This document shows, piece after piece, positions 47,421 through 57,459 of a stretch of DNA of 64,000 nucleotides. Below the pieces are notes generated by a model. That model was not told where the DNA came from. It saw only the letters and a program-made list of their open reading frames with translations, and made no database searches. Numbering within the stretch: position 1 is the stretch's first letter; each line of letters opens with the position of its first letter. The DNA comes from an uncultured Sulfitobacter sp. (GTDB taxonomy: Bacteria > Pseudomonadota > Alphaproteobacteria > Rhodobacterales > Rhodobacteraceae): positions 34,033 through 98,032 of the forward strand of contig CAJXSZ010000010.1 of the NCBI GenBank assembly GCA_913060815.1. Reading direction: 5' to 3'. The position numbers and the translations under genes are program-made.

Positions 47421-48596
47421 TTAAGGCCGTTCGAGGCACATAGCAACACCCATGCCGCCGCCAATGCACAAAGTTGCCAAACCTTTTTTGGCACCGCGGC
47501 GCTTCATCTCGAAAAGCAATGTGTTGAGGATGCGCGCGCCCGAGGCGCCGATGGGGTGGCCGATGGCAATCGCGCCGCCGTTCACGTTTACGATCGCCGG
47601 ATCCCAGCCCATTTCCTTGTTCACTGCACAAGCTTGTGCGGCAAAGGCCTCATTTGCTTCGACCAGATCGAGGTCTTCTGCGCTCCAGCCTGCTTTTTCC
47701 AGCGCTTTGCGTGAGGCATGGATCGGCCCAACGCCCATGATGGAGGGATCAAGCCCCGCCGTAGCGTAGGAGGCGATGCGCGCCAGCGGCTCGATCCCGC
47801 GTTTCTCGGCGTTCTCCGCGCTCATCAAGAGGGCACCCGCTGCACCATCGTTAAGACCGGATGCGTTCGCTGCGGTGACCGAGCCGTCCTTTGTGAACGC
47901 GGCGCGCATTTTGGACATTGCTTCGATGTTGGCGCCGTGGCGGATGTATTCGTCCGCGTCGACAATCGTATCGCTCTTACGACCGGGCACGGTGTAGGCG
48001 AAGATCTCGTCTGCAAAGCGGCCCTCTTTCTGGGCGGCTTCGGCCTTGTTCTGGGACGCGACGGCGAATTCATCCTGTTGATCACGGGTGATCTGGAATT
48101 TCTCGGCGACGTTCTCGGCGGTCTGGCCCATGTGGTAGCCGTTGAAAGCATCCCATAAACCGTCCTTGATCATAGTGTCGATAAGCTTCATGTCGCCCAT
48201 CTTCTGGCCTGCGCGCATGGCTTGGGCGTGGGGCGACATGGTCATGTTTTCCTGACCGCCTGCGGCCACGATATCCGCATCGCCCAACTGGATATGCTGG
48301 GCGGCGAGGGCTACGGCGCGAAGGCCGGAACCACAAACCTGATTGATGGACCATGCGGAGGATTCGATGGGCAGACCGGCGTTCACATGCGCCTGGCGGG
48401 CGGGGTTCTGACCCTGTGCCGCGGTGAGAACCTGACCAAGAATCGTTTCGGATACGTCGGATGGGTCAACACCAGCGCGGGCAACGATTTCTTTGAGCAT
48501 AGCTGCGCCCAGATCATGGGCAGGGGTGTTGGCGAAGGAGCCACCAAAGCTGCCGACGGCAGTTCGGGCGGCGGAGGCGATAACAACATTGGTCAT
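47421..48596 (-). CDS. phaA: Acetyl-CoA C-acetyltransferase (beta-ketothiolase)
   Basis: [22 protein letters not shown] and LCIGGGMG motifs. Confidence 0.96.
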   Translation of the reverse strand: MTNVVIASAARTAVGSFGGSFANTPAHDLGAAMLKEIVARAGVDPSDVSETILGQVLTAAQGQNPARQAHVNAGLPIESSAWSINQVCGSGLRAVALAAQHIQLGDADIVAAGGQENMTMSPHAQAMRAGQKMGDMKLIDTMIKDGLWDAFNGYHMGQTAENVAEKFQITRDQQDEFAVASQNKAEAAQKEGRFADEIFAYTVPGRKSDTIVDADEYIRHGANIEAMSKMRAAFTKDGSVTAANASGLNDGAAGALLMSAENAEKRGIEPLARIASYATAGLDPSIMGVGPIHASRKALEKAGWSAEDLDLVEANEAFAAQACAVNKEMGWDPAIVNVNGGAIAIGHPIGASGARILNTLLFEMKRRGAKKGLATLCIGGGMGVAMCLERP

Positions 48597-48740
48597 AGAA
48601 AGCGGTCCTCTTGGAGTGATGCGTAGCAGAGGATTGCACAGATATAACGCTTGGCATTGCGCCGATCTGCCCTCCACTTTGTTTCTCCGAGATACCGTAT
48701 GGGGCGCGACACGGCAAGAACGGCAAAGCCGAAGCCATGC

Positions 48741-49592
48741 TTAGGCCTGATTACGCTCGTCAGATGAGGCAAGCCATTCGGGCTGTGTTGTGGGGGCAGC
48801 GAAGTAATATCCCTGAAGGCAATCAATGCCAATTTGCATGGCCAATGTCGCATCTTCGTAGGTCTCGACCGCTTCCGCGACGGTGAGCATGTCGAACTCT
48901 TTCGCAATTGCGCAAAGCACGCGCGTGATTGCCAGATTGTCGGCGTCTTTCGATAGGCCGCGAATGAACTGGCCTGAAAGCTTCAGGATGTCGAAATCGA
49001 AGTCCTTGAAATGTCGAATTGCCATGTTCCCCGCGCCAAAGTTGTCCATCGCGAAGCAGATGCCTTTGGGCTGCAGCCGCTGCATGAAGTCAATGACGAG
49101 TTCGGGAACCATCATGGCAGAGCTTTCCGTGATTTCCAGTATCAGCCGCTCCCCCAGATACGGGCTTTCGTTCAGAAACCGGTTGAGGCAGTTCATCCAT
49201 GGCCGGTAACCGATGGAGCGCGCTGACATGTTTATCGAGAGGCGCAATTGAGGATTGTCCTTGAGGGCCCGTAACCCGTGGCGCAGCGCCAGCACATCAA
49301 TCTCGCGGCCTGTCTCGGTGTCCTCGATCTTGCCCATAAACTCACCCGCGGGAATGATTCTGCCCGTAGGGTCCAGAACGCGGATCAAGCCTTCATAGAA
49401 GGCGATTTGGTTTGGCAGGTCGCTGCGCATGACAGGCTGGTACGCCAGCAGTGTTTGATTGTGCCTAATGGCTTCCTGCACCATTTCCATTGTCCCGCGC
49501 GTCTGTTGTGCCACCGCAAAATCCAGTGGGCTAAGTACCTCAGCAGGGAGGCCAACGGGCTTGCGTCTTTGTCTACCTTTCACGGGGGGCAT
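48741..49592 (-). CDS. Stand-alone EAL domain protein
   Basis: YQPV..EGLIR, SINMS, LEITE and LQGYYF motifs; start ATG 49592 inferred. Confidence 0.88.
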   Translation of the reverse strand: MPPVKGRQRRKPVGLPAEVLSPLDFAVAQQTRGTMEMVQEAIRHNQTLLAYQPVMRSDLPNQIAFYEGLIRVLDPTGRIIPAGEFMGKIEDTETGREIDVLALRHGLRALKDNPQLRLSINMSARSIGYRPWMNCLNRFLNESPYLGERLILEITESSAMMVPELVIDFMQRLQPKGICFAMDNFGAGNMAIRHFKDFDFDILKLSGQFIRGLSKDADNLAITRVLCAIAKEFDMLTVAEAVETYEDATLAMQIGIDCLQGYYFAAPTTQPEWLASSDERNQA

Positions 49593-49706
49593 CCTTTGAT
49601 TGTCGGTGGAGCACATCTGGCCTGTCCGTGATTGCACGCGAGACTCTAAAATCGTGTTAAAGATAAATTTTTGTGCCATTTGTAGCCAACCGATGGGGAG
49701 CAAGCG

Positions 49707-50279
49707 ATGACAAGGTGCGACTGGGCAGGGCCTGAACAGATCTATCTGGACTATCACGACACCGAATGGGGCGTGCCAGAGTATGACAGTCGCGCGCTGT
49801 GGGAAAAGCTGATCCTTGACGGATTTCAGGCGGGCCTGAGCTGGATTACGATCCTGAAAAAGCGTGAAGCCTTTCGCGAAGCGTTCGAAGGGTTTAATCC
49901 GCATGTAATTGCACGATGGGGCGAGGATGATGTGCAGCGTCTGTTGGGCAATGCGGGAATCATCCGCCACCGAGGCAAGATCGAGGCTACGATCACAAAT
50001 GCGCAAGCATGGCTCCGGATGGAAGAGCAGGGCGGTTTTGATAAATTCATGTGGGACTATGTCGGGGGTACGCCGCTCCAGAACCGTTTTGAATCGATGG
50101 CAGACGTGCCGCCCAAGACCGAACTCTCCGAACAGGTGAGCAAGGATCTCAAGAAAGCTGGTTTCAAATTTTGCGGTCCCACGATTGTCTATGCTTGGAT
50201 GGAGGCCTGCGGGCTGGTGAACGATCATTTGGTGGGATGTCCGAGGCATGACGCCTGCGCTGCCCTTGCAGAAGGTTGA
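49707..50279 (+). CDS. tag: DNA-3-methyladenine glycosylase I
   Basis: RCDW...YHDTEWG, GFQAGLSWITIL and GLVNDHLVGC zinc-binding motifs. Confidence 0.95.
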   Translation: MTRCDWAGPEQIYLDYHDTEWGVPEYDSRALWEKLILDGFQAGLSWITILKKREAFREAFEGFNPHVIARWGEDDVQRLLGNAGIIRHRGKIEATITNAQAWLRMEEQGGFDKFMWDYVGGTPLQNRFESMADVPPKTELSEQVSKDLKKAGFKFCGPTIVYAWMEACGLVNDHLVGCPRHDACAALAEG

Positions 50280-50289
50280 TATAGGTCAA
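50276..50289 (+). promoter_or_regulatory. FNR/FnrL-type box upstream of the USP gene
   Basis: TTGAT-ATAG-GTCAA (9 of 10 to TTGAT-N4-ATCAA) with -10-like TATCTT at 50311-50316, class II spacing. Confidence 0.65.
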
Positions 50290-50346
50290 TGCGGAATCTC
50301 GCCGTGCTGCTATCTTAAGTGCTCCTGAAACCTGAAAGGACACCAC

Positions 50347-50793
50347 ATGTTTGATAAGATTGTTGTAGGTATTGACGGTTCCAAGACTTCGGAAAATGCC
50401 ATGCGCACCGCGTGTGATATTGCTGCTAAATACGGTTCCGAATTGCACTTGGTGCATACGCCGCAACCACAAACGGTTGCTTTTGCGATGGGCGCTGTCG
50501 CGAGCTATCATCTCGTGTCGACCATGCCTTCGCACAGCGAAGTTATGGAAGGCGGAGAAAAAATCCTCGATCAGGGACGTGCGATTGCCAAGGAGTGCAA
50601 TCAGGCGATCACACAAACTTACATGGAGGTGGGTGATCCTGCGCATCATATCGTTGAATGCGCGGAAAAAACCGGTTCGGACCTCATTGTGACGGGCCGT
50701 CGCGGTCTGGGTAGCCTTGGTGCGCTGGTGCAGGGGAGCACGTCCTCAAGCATCAACAAGCTGGCGAAATGCGCTTGCCTGTCCGTGGTCTAG
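50347..50793 (+). CDS. Universal stress protein
   Basis: KIVVGIDGS...DLIVTGRRGLG...GSTS motifs. Confidence 0.93.
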   Translation: MFDKIVVGIDGSKTSENAMRTACDIAAKYGSELHLVHTPQPQTVAFAMGAVASYHLVSTMPSHSEVMEGGEKILDQGRAIAKECNQAITQTYMEVGDPAHHIVECAEKTGSDLIVTGRRGLGSLGALVQGSTSSSINKLAKCACLSVV

Positions 50794-51010
50794 CTCGCCA
50801 GTTTGACTATTCGGCCTGAACTCTCCGCTAGGTCGCTTATTTGCCTTATTGGCAAGTAGTGTGCTCGGGTGCATTGACTCCCGTCTTCATATCATAGTAA
50901 GCGCGCCCGAGTTGGTGTTGGTGAGCCCCGCAAGGGGGTCTCTGTCGGGGTGAGAACCCAGAGGACAACGCCCTTAACCGCCCCTCGCGGGCACTATAAG
51001 GAGAACAGCC

Positions 51011-51631
51011 GTGACCAAACGCACCGCTGCCAAGCACAAAATTGACCGCCGTATGGGCGAAAACATCTGGGGCCGTCCAAAATCCCCAGTGAACCGCCGC
51101 GAATACGGCCCCGGCCAGCACGGCCAGCGCCGTAAGGGCAAGATTTCCGACTTCGGTATCCAGCTGCGCGCCAAGCAGAAGCTCAAGGGCTACTACGGCG
51201 ACCTGACCGAAAAGCAGTTCCGCCGCATCTATGGTGAAGCCGAGCGTGTAAAAGGCGATACAGGTGAGAACCTGATTGGTCTGCTCGAGCGCCGTCTCGA
51301 CGCGGTTGTTTACCGCGCCAAGTTCGTCTCCACTGTATTTGCTGCACGTCAGTTCGTGAACCACCGCCACGTTCGCGTGAACGGCAAGCTGGTGAACATC
51401 CCCTCCTACCGCGTAAAAGAGGGTGACGTGATCGAGGTTCGTGACCGTTCCAAGCAGATGGTTGCATTGATCGAGGCCACACAGCTGCCCGAGCGTGACG
51501 TGCCTGACTACATCGAAGTAGATCACTCCAAAATGACAGCGACCTTCACACGCACACCCACGTTGGGCGATGTGCCGTATCCGGTTGTCATGGAGCCGAA
51601 CCTCGTCGTGGAATTCTACGCGAAGAACTAA
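51011..51631 (+). CDS. rpsD: 30S ribosomal protein S4
   Basis: [14 protein letters not shown] and [11 protein letters not shown] motifs; GTG start with AAGGAG RBS. Confidence 0.98.
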   Translation: MTKRTAAKHKIDRRMGENIWGRPKSPVNRREYGPGQHGQRRKGKISDFGIQLRAKQKLKGYYGDLTEKQFRRIYGEAERVKGDTGENLIGLLERRLDAVVYRAKFVSTVFAARQFVNHRHVRVNGKLVNIPSYRVKEGDVIEVRDRSKQMVALIEATQLPERDVPDYIEVDHSKMTATFTRTPTLGDVPYPVVMEPNLVVEFYAKN

Positions 51632-51663
51632 TCTTCGCCTGCCACCGACAACAGTTTTCGATG

Positions 51664-51693
51664 CGCCCTGCCAGACCTCTGGTGGGGCGTTTT
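51664..51693 (+). terminator. Intrinsic terminator of rpsD
   Basis: CGCCCTGCCAG/CTGGTGGGGCG stem with G-U pairs, followed by TTTT. Confidence 0.7.
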
Positions 51694-51802
51694 CGCATCC
51701 AGCCCCTGCCACAAGTGGACAGATGCGCGCGGTCGCAATTTCGCGGGTGGCTGTAAAGCCGATCAAGCGCTAAAAGACCTTGAACAACCAATGAGCCTTG
51801 CC

Positions 51803-52885
51803 ATGACCCAAATGATCACGCCCCAACCCGGCATTATGGATATCGCCCTTTATCAGGGGGGCGCGTCCCATGTGGCGGGCCATGAAAATGCGCTCAAGCT
51901 CAGCTCGAACGAGAACCCGTTTGGCCCGTCGCCTGCCGCGATCAAGGCTTATGAGCGGGAGGGGCGGATGCTGCACCGCTACCCGAGTGCAGATCACGGC
52001 GCGCTCCGTGCAGCGATTGCAGGAGTGTATAACCTCGATGCCGATCGGATAATTTGCGGCACGGGTTCGGATGAGATTATTGCGTTCCTATGTCAGGCCT
52101 ATGCCGGGCCGGGCACGGAAGTCATCCACACCGAGCACGGGTTTGCCATGTACCGCATCTCGGCACTGGCTGCTGGTGCGACCCCGGTAGAGGTGGCCGA
52201 GCATGAGCGCGTCACAGATGTGGACACGATCCTTGCCGCTTGTACTGACAAAACGCGTCTGGTCTTCCTCGCCAACCCTAACAACCCGACAGGCACGATG
52301 ATCGGCTTGGGCGACATCGCGCGCCTCGCTGAAGCTTTGCCGCCGCAGGCGCTTCTGGTGCTCGATGGAGCCTATGCCGAATATGTCGAAGGCTATGATG
52401 GCGGGGCCGCCTTGGTGGACAGTCGCCAGAATGTGGTGATGACGCGGACCTTTTCCAAAATCTACGGTCTTGGTGGTTTGCGCATCGGCTGGGGCTATGG
52501 CCCTTCGCATGTGATTGACGTGCTGGGCCGTGTGCGCGGACCGTTCAATCTTAGCAGCTCGGCGCTCGCCGCGGCTGAGGCTGCCGTGCGCGATGTGGCC
52601 TACGTTGATCACTGCCGCGCCGAGAATGCGCGCATGCGCACGTGGCTTGCTGATGCTTTGGCCGAGATCGGCGTGCCGTCGGATGTGTCGCTGGCCAACT
52701 TCATCCTTGCGCGCTTCACGTCACAATCAGAGGCCGAAGCCTGCGATCTCCACCTGCAATCCCAAGGGCTGATCGTGCGGCGTGTGGGGGGCTACAATCT
52801 CCCCAGTTGTCTGCGCATCACCGTGGGTGACGAAAGCGGGTGCCGCCGTGTCGTGCACGCCATCCGCCAGTTCAAGGAAGCCTAA
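51803..52885 (+). CDS. hisC: Histidinol-phosphate aminotransferase
   Basis: LSSNENP, NPNNPTG, DGAYAEY and [16 protein letters not shown] motifs. Confidence 0.95.
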   Translation: MTQMITPQPGIMDIALYQGGASHVAGHENALKLSSNENPFGPSPAAIKAYEREGRMLHRYPSADHGALRAAIAGVYNLDADRIICGTGSDEIIAFLCQAYAGPGTEVIHTEHGFAMYRISALAAGATPVEVAEHERVTDVDTILAACTDKTRLVFLANPNNPTGTMIGLGDIARLAEALPPQALLVLDGAYAEYVEGYDGGAALVDSRQNVVMTRTFSKIYGLGGLRIGWGYGPSHVIDVLGRVRGPFNLSSSALAAAEAAVRDVAYVDHCRAENARMRTWLADALAEIGVPSDVSLANFILARFTSQSEAEACDLHLQSQGLIVRRVGGYNLPSCLRITVGDESGCRRVVHAIRQFKEA

Positions 52886-52887
52886 GC

Positions 52888-53811
52888 ATGGCACAGATAT
52901 ACGACCGTGTTGCGCTGATCGGGCTGGGGCTGATCGCGTCCTCGATGTTCTGGTCGATAAAGCGCGGCGGCTTGGCTGGTGAAGTCACGGGCTTTGCCCG
53001 CTCGGCCGAGACACGTGAAACAGCGCGTGAAATAGGCCTGTGTGATGTGGTCTACGACGATATCAACGCAGCTGTCGAAGGCGCTGATCTGGTTGTGCTT
53101 TGTGTGCCCGTAGGGGTCATGGGTGCGGTCATGCAACAGATTGCGGGCTCCTTGAAGCAGGGTGCAACCGTCACCGATGTGGGGTCGGTCAAGCGTGATG
53201 TAATCACCAGCGTGACGCCACATCTGCCCGAGGGTGTGCATTTCGTGGCGGGTCATCCACTTGCCGGGACCGAACATTCAGGCCCGCGTTCGGGCTTTGC
53301 CGAGCTTTTTGATAACCGCTGGTGCCTTCTGGTGCCCGCCGAAGGGACCGCGCCAGAGCCTATAGCAAAGCTGCGTGAGTTCTGGGAAGGGTTGGGATCG
53401 AATGTTGAGGAGATGGATGCCGATCACCATGATCTGGTTGTCGCTGTTACCTCCCATGCGCCGCACCTCATTGCCTACACGATGGTTGGTGTGGCCGATG
53501 ATCTGCGCCGCGTGACTGATGGTGAGGTGATCAAATACTCCGCAGGGGGCTTTCGGGATTTTACCCGGATCGCCGCCTCTGACCCCACAATGTGGCGCGA
53601 TGTGTTTCTGACCAACAAGGACGCCACCCTAGAGATTTTGGGCCGTTTCACTGAAGAGCTGTTTGCTTTGCAGCGGGCCATCCGGCAGGGCGACGGCGAT
53701 CATCTGTTTGACTATTTCACCCGCACCCGCGCGATCCGGCGCGGTATCATTGAGGCGGGGCAGGACACGGACGCCCCGAACTTTGGCCGTGATCCGGGTA
53801 GCAAGCCGTGA
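52888..53811 (+). CDS. tyrA: Prephenate/arogenate (cyclohexadienyl) dehydrogenase
   Basis: IGLGLIAS, TDVGSVK, GHPLAGTE, HD...TSHAPH and TRIAASDPTMWRD motifs. Confidence 0.93.
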   Translation: MAQIYDRVALIGLGLIASSMFWSIKRGGLAGEVTGFARSAETRETAREIGLCDVVYDDINAAVEGADLVVLCVPVGVMGAVMQQIAGSLKQGATVTDVGSVKRDVITSVTPHLPEGVHFVAGHPLAGTEHSGPRSGFAELFDNRWCLLVPAEGTAPEPIAKLREFWEGLGSNVEEMDADHHDLVVAVTSHAPHLIAYTMVGVADDLRRVTDGEVIKYSAGGFRDFTRIAASDPTMWRDVFLTNKDATLEILGRFTEELFALQRAIRQGDGDHLFDYFTRTRAIRRGIIEAGQDTDAPNFGRDPGSKP

Positions 53812-54551
53812 AGCGGCTGGCGATCCTGCTATGCGCCATGGCGACGCTGTCCTGTGCGGGGCCTGATACATCATCGCGCCCCGAAGCACGGCCAAACCCG
53901 CAAGCCGACGCAACGATTGACCGCTCGGCCATCGAGAACAAGCGCGGGTTCTTTCAATCCCTTCGCCCGATCTTTCGCTCGCCCGATGCAGTGCCTGCCA
54001 ATGCACCAGAGCAATCCTTTCCTGTGGCAGGGTCCGTCTGTGGTGATCCGTCCATTCGGGGTGATGTTGTCGGCCGTGTCGCTGGACGGATTTCGGGCTG
54101 TGGTATCGAGAATGGTGTCAAGATCACCGCTGTCTCCGGTGTGCGCCTCAGCGTTGGATCAACGATGGATTGCGCAACCGCACGTGCGCTGAGATCATGG
54201 ATCGACAATAGCGCCAGACCAGCGTTCTCGGGTAAAGGAGGCGGCCTGCGCGAGATCAAGGTTGCCGCGCACTACGCCTGCCGCCGCCGCAACAATTCCA
54301 AGACCGGTAAGATATCCGAACATGGCAAGGGCAAGGCGATCGATATCTCGGCCTTCCGCATGGTCGACGGCAGCGAGATCACCGTGCTGAAGGGATGGAA
54401 CGCAGCCAGAAGCCGTAAAGCATTGCGCAAGATCCATGCGGATGCCTGCGGCCCGTTTGGCACTGTGCTTGGCCCGAAAGCGAACCGCTTTCACCTTGAT
54501 CACTTCCACTTTGACACAGCGAGTTACCGCTCGGGGCCTTACTGCCGTTAG
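53808..54551 (+). CDS. Extensin-like C-terminal domain lipoprotein
   Basis: Lipobox-like LSC; YACRRRN, SEHGKGKAIDI and HLDHFHFD motifs. Confidence 0.85.
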   Translation: MKRLAILLCAMATLSCAGPDTSSRPEARPNPQADATIDRSAIENKRGFFQSLRPIFRSPDAVPANAPEQSFPVAGSVCGDPSIRGDVVGRVAGRISGCGIENGVKITAVSGVRLSVGSTMDCATARALRSWIDNSARPAFSGKGGGLREIKVAAHYACRRRNNSKTGKISEHGKGKAIDISAFRMVDGSEITVLKGWNAARSRKALRKIHADACGPFGTVLGPKANRFHLDHFHFDTASYRSGPYCR

Positions 54552-55552
54552 GGGATCACGAGGCGGGGCGCTGGGCCAAGGGGGAAGAACCCCAAACGCA
54601 TCTGGCCATCGGTGATCGTGATTTGCGCGTCCAGAGAATTGCCGCCGCCAGATGCCCCCGCAAGTAGCGTCAGCACGCTTTCGATCTGGGGGCGGATCTC
54701 GGTGGTAAGCGTGCCAGCGTTCTGTGCCAGATCCAGCATTCTTTGCCAATTTTCCGCGCGTAGGCTGGCTGTGCCTGTAAGGATGCCGCCCGCTGCAACG
54801 GTAACATCGGCAGCGAAGGTCACGCCGATATCGCCCCAGATTGCACGCGCAGTATCAATCCTCAGTGCAGTAGGTTGCGGTCGGTTGCCTGCTCTGGCGC
54901 TGCGGTCCAAGGGACGGTCCAGCGTGATTGCGCCCGTCGCATCAAAATGCTCGAACATTACAGGCCACGCATTGGGCAGCCGCATCGCTTGCCTCAGCAC
55001 AATGCCTGCGGCGAGGTCCGCAGCGTTGAAGTCAAACTGATATTGCGCGGGGCTCTCCAACTGCAATAGAAACGCCTGTACCGCTTGCGCGCTCGCGATG
55101 CGGCCCTCAACAACGTCAAGGCGAGGCGTGGCCATGACAATGCGCGAAGACTCCAGCGTGAGGCCCGTGTTCGGGCGCAGTCGTAGGGCCGCCTCGGCGC
55201 CCTCATGGCTCAGGATCATGGTGGAGTTGTACGACGTGATCCCGATCTCGCCTGCAGGCAGCCTAACCCTTGGATGACCGGGCCAATAGATAGGGGCGGA
55301 AACGGTGGCATCGGGCACATCCACCCTGTTCTCACCGTCGGCAGACGTGATGGTGATGCCCTGCACTTCGGTCGCCAGACGCAAGGGATTTTTCCCGCGC
55401 GTCATCTGCTGCGTGGTGATTTGCACGCCGCTTGCGCGGGGCGCGTCCCGCCATGTGATCACGCCCTTTTGTAGACCAGTTGTGGCTATCGCCCACCACC
55501 CGATCCAAACAAAGGAAAGCAGCAGCAAAATTTTAACACCGCCTCGACCCAT
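54548..55552 (-). CDS. DUF2125 domain protein
   Basis: N-terminal anchor (W..WW), beta-rich body, C-terminal MRLGFFPLGPAP. Confidence 0.8.
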   Translation of the reverse strand: MGRGGVKILLLLSFVWIGWWAIATTGLQKGVITWRDAPRASGVQITTQQMTRGKNPLRLATEVQGITITSADGENRVDVPDATVSAPIYWPGHPRVRLPAGEIGITSYNSTMILSHEGAEAALRLRPNTGLTLESSRIVMATPRLDVVEGRIASAQAVQAFLLQLESPAQYQFDFNAADLAAGIVLRQAMRLPNAWPVMFEHFDATGAITLDRPLDRSARAGNRPQPTALRIDTARAIWGDIGVTFAADVTVAAGGILTGTASLRAENWQRMLDLAQNAGTLTTEIRPQIESVLTLLAGASGGGNSLDAQITITDGQMRLGFFPLGPAPRLVIP

Positions 55553-55612
55553 GTGCAGCCCTTTCCAATGACACGCGTTTGAGGTTTACCTGACACCAAA
55601 CAGGAGAACCAG

Positions 55613-56143
55613 ATGAGTATGTGGGTATTCGGCTATGGCAGCTTGCTGTGGAATCCGGGGTTCGAGGTTGCCGAGCAGGTGATCGCGACCTTGCCTGACT
55701 ATGCGCGCTCGTTCTGCATGCGCTCAATCCACCATCGCGGGACAGTCGAAGATCCCGGACTGGTGCTGGCGCTGGACGAGCAGGCAGGTGAGGCCTGTGA
55801 AGGGGTGGCGCTGCGCGTTGTCGCGGGGCAGGAGGCGCAGACACTTGCATATCTGCGCGAGCGGGAATTGATCTCCTCCGCTTATGTAGAAAAGGAGCTG
55901 GCCGTGCGCCTGTCGGACGGGCGCGAGGTCACTGCATTGGTCTATGTGATCGACGAGGCGCACAATCAATATTGCGGCGGTCTGCCGCTCGAAGAGCAGG
56001 CGCAGATCATGGCGCAGGCCGTGGGCGGGCGCGGCCCCAACAGCGAGTATCTCTATAACACAGCTGATCATCTGGCCACTTTGGGCCTGCACGATCCTGC
56101 GCTGGAATGGCTGGCCACGCGGGTGCGTGAGATCGATTCATAA
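55613..56143 (+). CDS. chaC: Gamma-glutamylcyclotransferase (ChaC family)
   Basis: WVFGYGSLLW, HHRGT..PGLVL, YLRERE and GPNSEYL motifs. Confidence 0.92.
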   Translation: MSMWVFGYGSLLWNPGFEVAEQVIATLPDYARSFCMRSIHHRGTVEDPGLVLALDEQAGEACEGVALRVVAGQEAQTLAYLRERELISSAYVEKELAVRLSDGREVTALVYVIDEAHNQYCGGLPLEEQAQIMAQAVGGRGPNSEYLYNTADHLATLGLHDPALEWLATRVREIDS

Positions 56144-56230
56144 ACACTTTGGTTTTGGCTGATTTTGAATGTAGGCTTGTCCTAAATAAGACCAACGAGC
56201 AGTAACAATAAGGTCAGGAGCTTGAGGCGC

Positions 56231-57457
56231 ATGGCGCAGCCAGACCGCGAAGTCGCACCGCAATTTTCTCAACCCGTCAGGCAGATCACGCTGATGCTGC
56301 TGGTGCTGGGCCTGTCGGGCTTTGGCGTGTTCATGGCACTGCCAAGGGTACTGCCTGTGTTTCAGGCCAATCCCTACCTCAACGGGTTCATCTTCTTTGT
56401 CTTTCTGATTGGTGTTGTCGCCTGTTTCTATCAGGTGTTGCAACTCATCGGCTCGGTCCGCTGGATTGAGGATTTTGCCTCGGATGAGGGCACGTCAGAG
56501 GATACCCCGCCGCAGATGCTGGCGCCGTTGGCGGCCCTGTTGCGCACGCGGGGCGCGCGGATGCAGGTAAGCGCGTCCTCGACCCGCTCCATCCTCGATT
56601 CCGTGGCGACACGCATCGATGAGGCCCGCGAAATAACGCGCTATATCGTCAACACGTTGATTTTTCTTGGCCTTCTGGGAACGTTCTATGGCCTCGCCAT
56701 TACGGTCCCCGCGATTGTCGAGACGATCCGCACCCTGACCCCCCAAGCAGGCGAGAGCAGCACAGACGTGTTCAGCCGCCTGATGACGGGGCTGGATTCG
56801 CAGTTGTCTGGCATGGGCGTGGCCTTTGCCTCATCGCTGCTGGGGCTGGCAGGGTCGCTGATTGTAGGGCTGCTCGAACTTTTTGCAGGGCACGGGCAGA
56901 ACCGCTTTTATCAGGAGCTGGAGGATTGGCTCAGCTCCATAACGCGGATCGGATTTGCGGCAGGCGATGACAGCACACCCGAGCAGGCAGTGATGGCAGG
57001 CATGGTTGATCACATGGCCGAGCAGATGGAGAAGATGCAGGAGATGTTTGCACGTTCCGAGGCGGGGCGCGCTGAAGTTGAGCAACGCCTTGGCGCCTTG
57101 GCGGCCTCCATCGAACGCATGGCCGTGCAGTTGGGCGATCAGAGCAATGGGTCGGCGGCACTGGAGCGGATCGCCGAGGGTCAAGAGCGCATGATCGAGG
57201 CACTCGAACAGCAAGGGGCGCACCACAGCATGGACAGCGGGAGCGGCGATGCAGAGAGCCGTATGCGCCTGCGCTCAATCGATGTGCAAATGCTGCGTAT
57301 CCTTGAGGAAATCTCCGCTGGCCGGCAGGAGACAATGGCCGAGTTGCGTCAGGAAATCTCGATGCTGGTCAAAGCAATGTCAGCGGGACGCGGCAACGCC
57401 GAGCCGCGGCGGATGCGGGCCACAGGCAAGCTTTCGGGCGGCGGCAAGGAGGACTGA
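56231..57457 (+). CDS. MotA/TolQ/ExbB-family proton-channel protein with long C-terminal tail
   Basis: 4 TM; LIFLGLLGTFYGL and GMGVAFASSLLG channel helices; ~190-aa helical tail. Confidence 0.88.
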   Translation: MAQPDREVAPQFSQPVRQITLMLLVLGLSGFGVFMALPRVLPVFQANPYLNGFIFFVFLIGVVACFYQVLQLIGSVRWIEDFASDEGTSEDTPPQMLAPLAALLRTRGARMQVSASSTRSILDSVATRIDEAREITRYIVNTLIFLGLLGTFYGLAITVPAIVETIRTLTPQAGESSTDVFSRLMTGLDSQLSGMGVAFASSLLGLAGSLIVGLLELFAGHGQNRFYQELEDWLSSITRIGFAAGDDSTPEQAVMAGMVDHMAEQMEKMQEMFARSEAGRAEVEQRLGALAASIERMAVQLGDQSNGSAALERIAEGQERMIEALEQQGAHHSMDSGSGDAESRMRLRSIDVQMLRILEEISAGRQETMAELRQEISMLVKAMSAGRGNAEPRRMRATGKLSGGGKED

Positions 57458-57459
57458 GG

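Noticed and set aside
49593-50249. N-terminal extension of the EAL ORF (502 aa), suggesting a sensor domain
   Set aside because: Runs antisense through tag and the promoter region; no domain-like sequence.
50846-51766. 306-aa antisense ORF over rpsD
   Set aside because: Mirror of a highly biased ribosomal protein gene.
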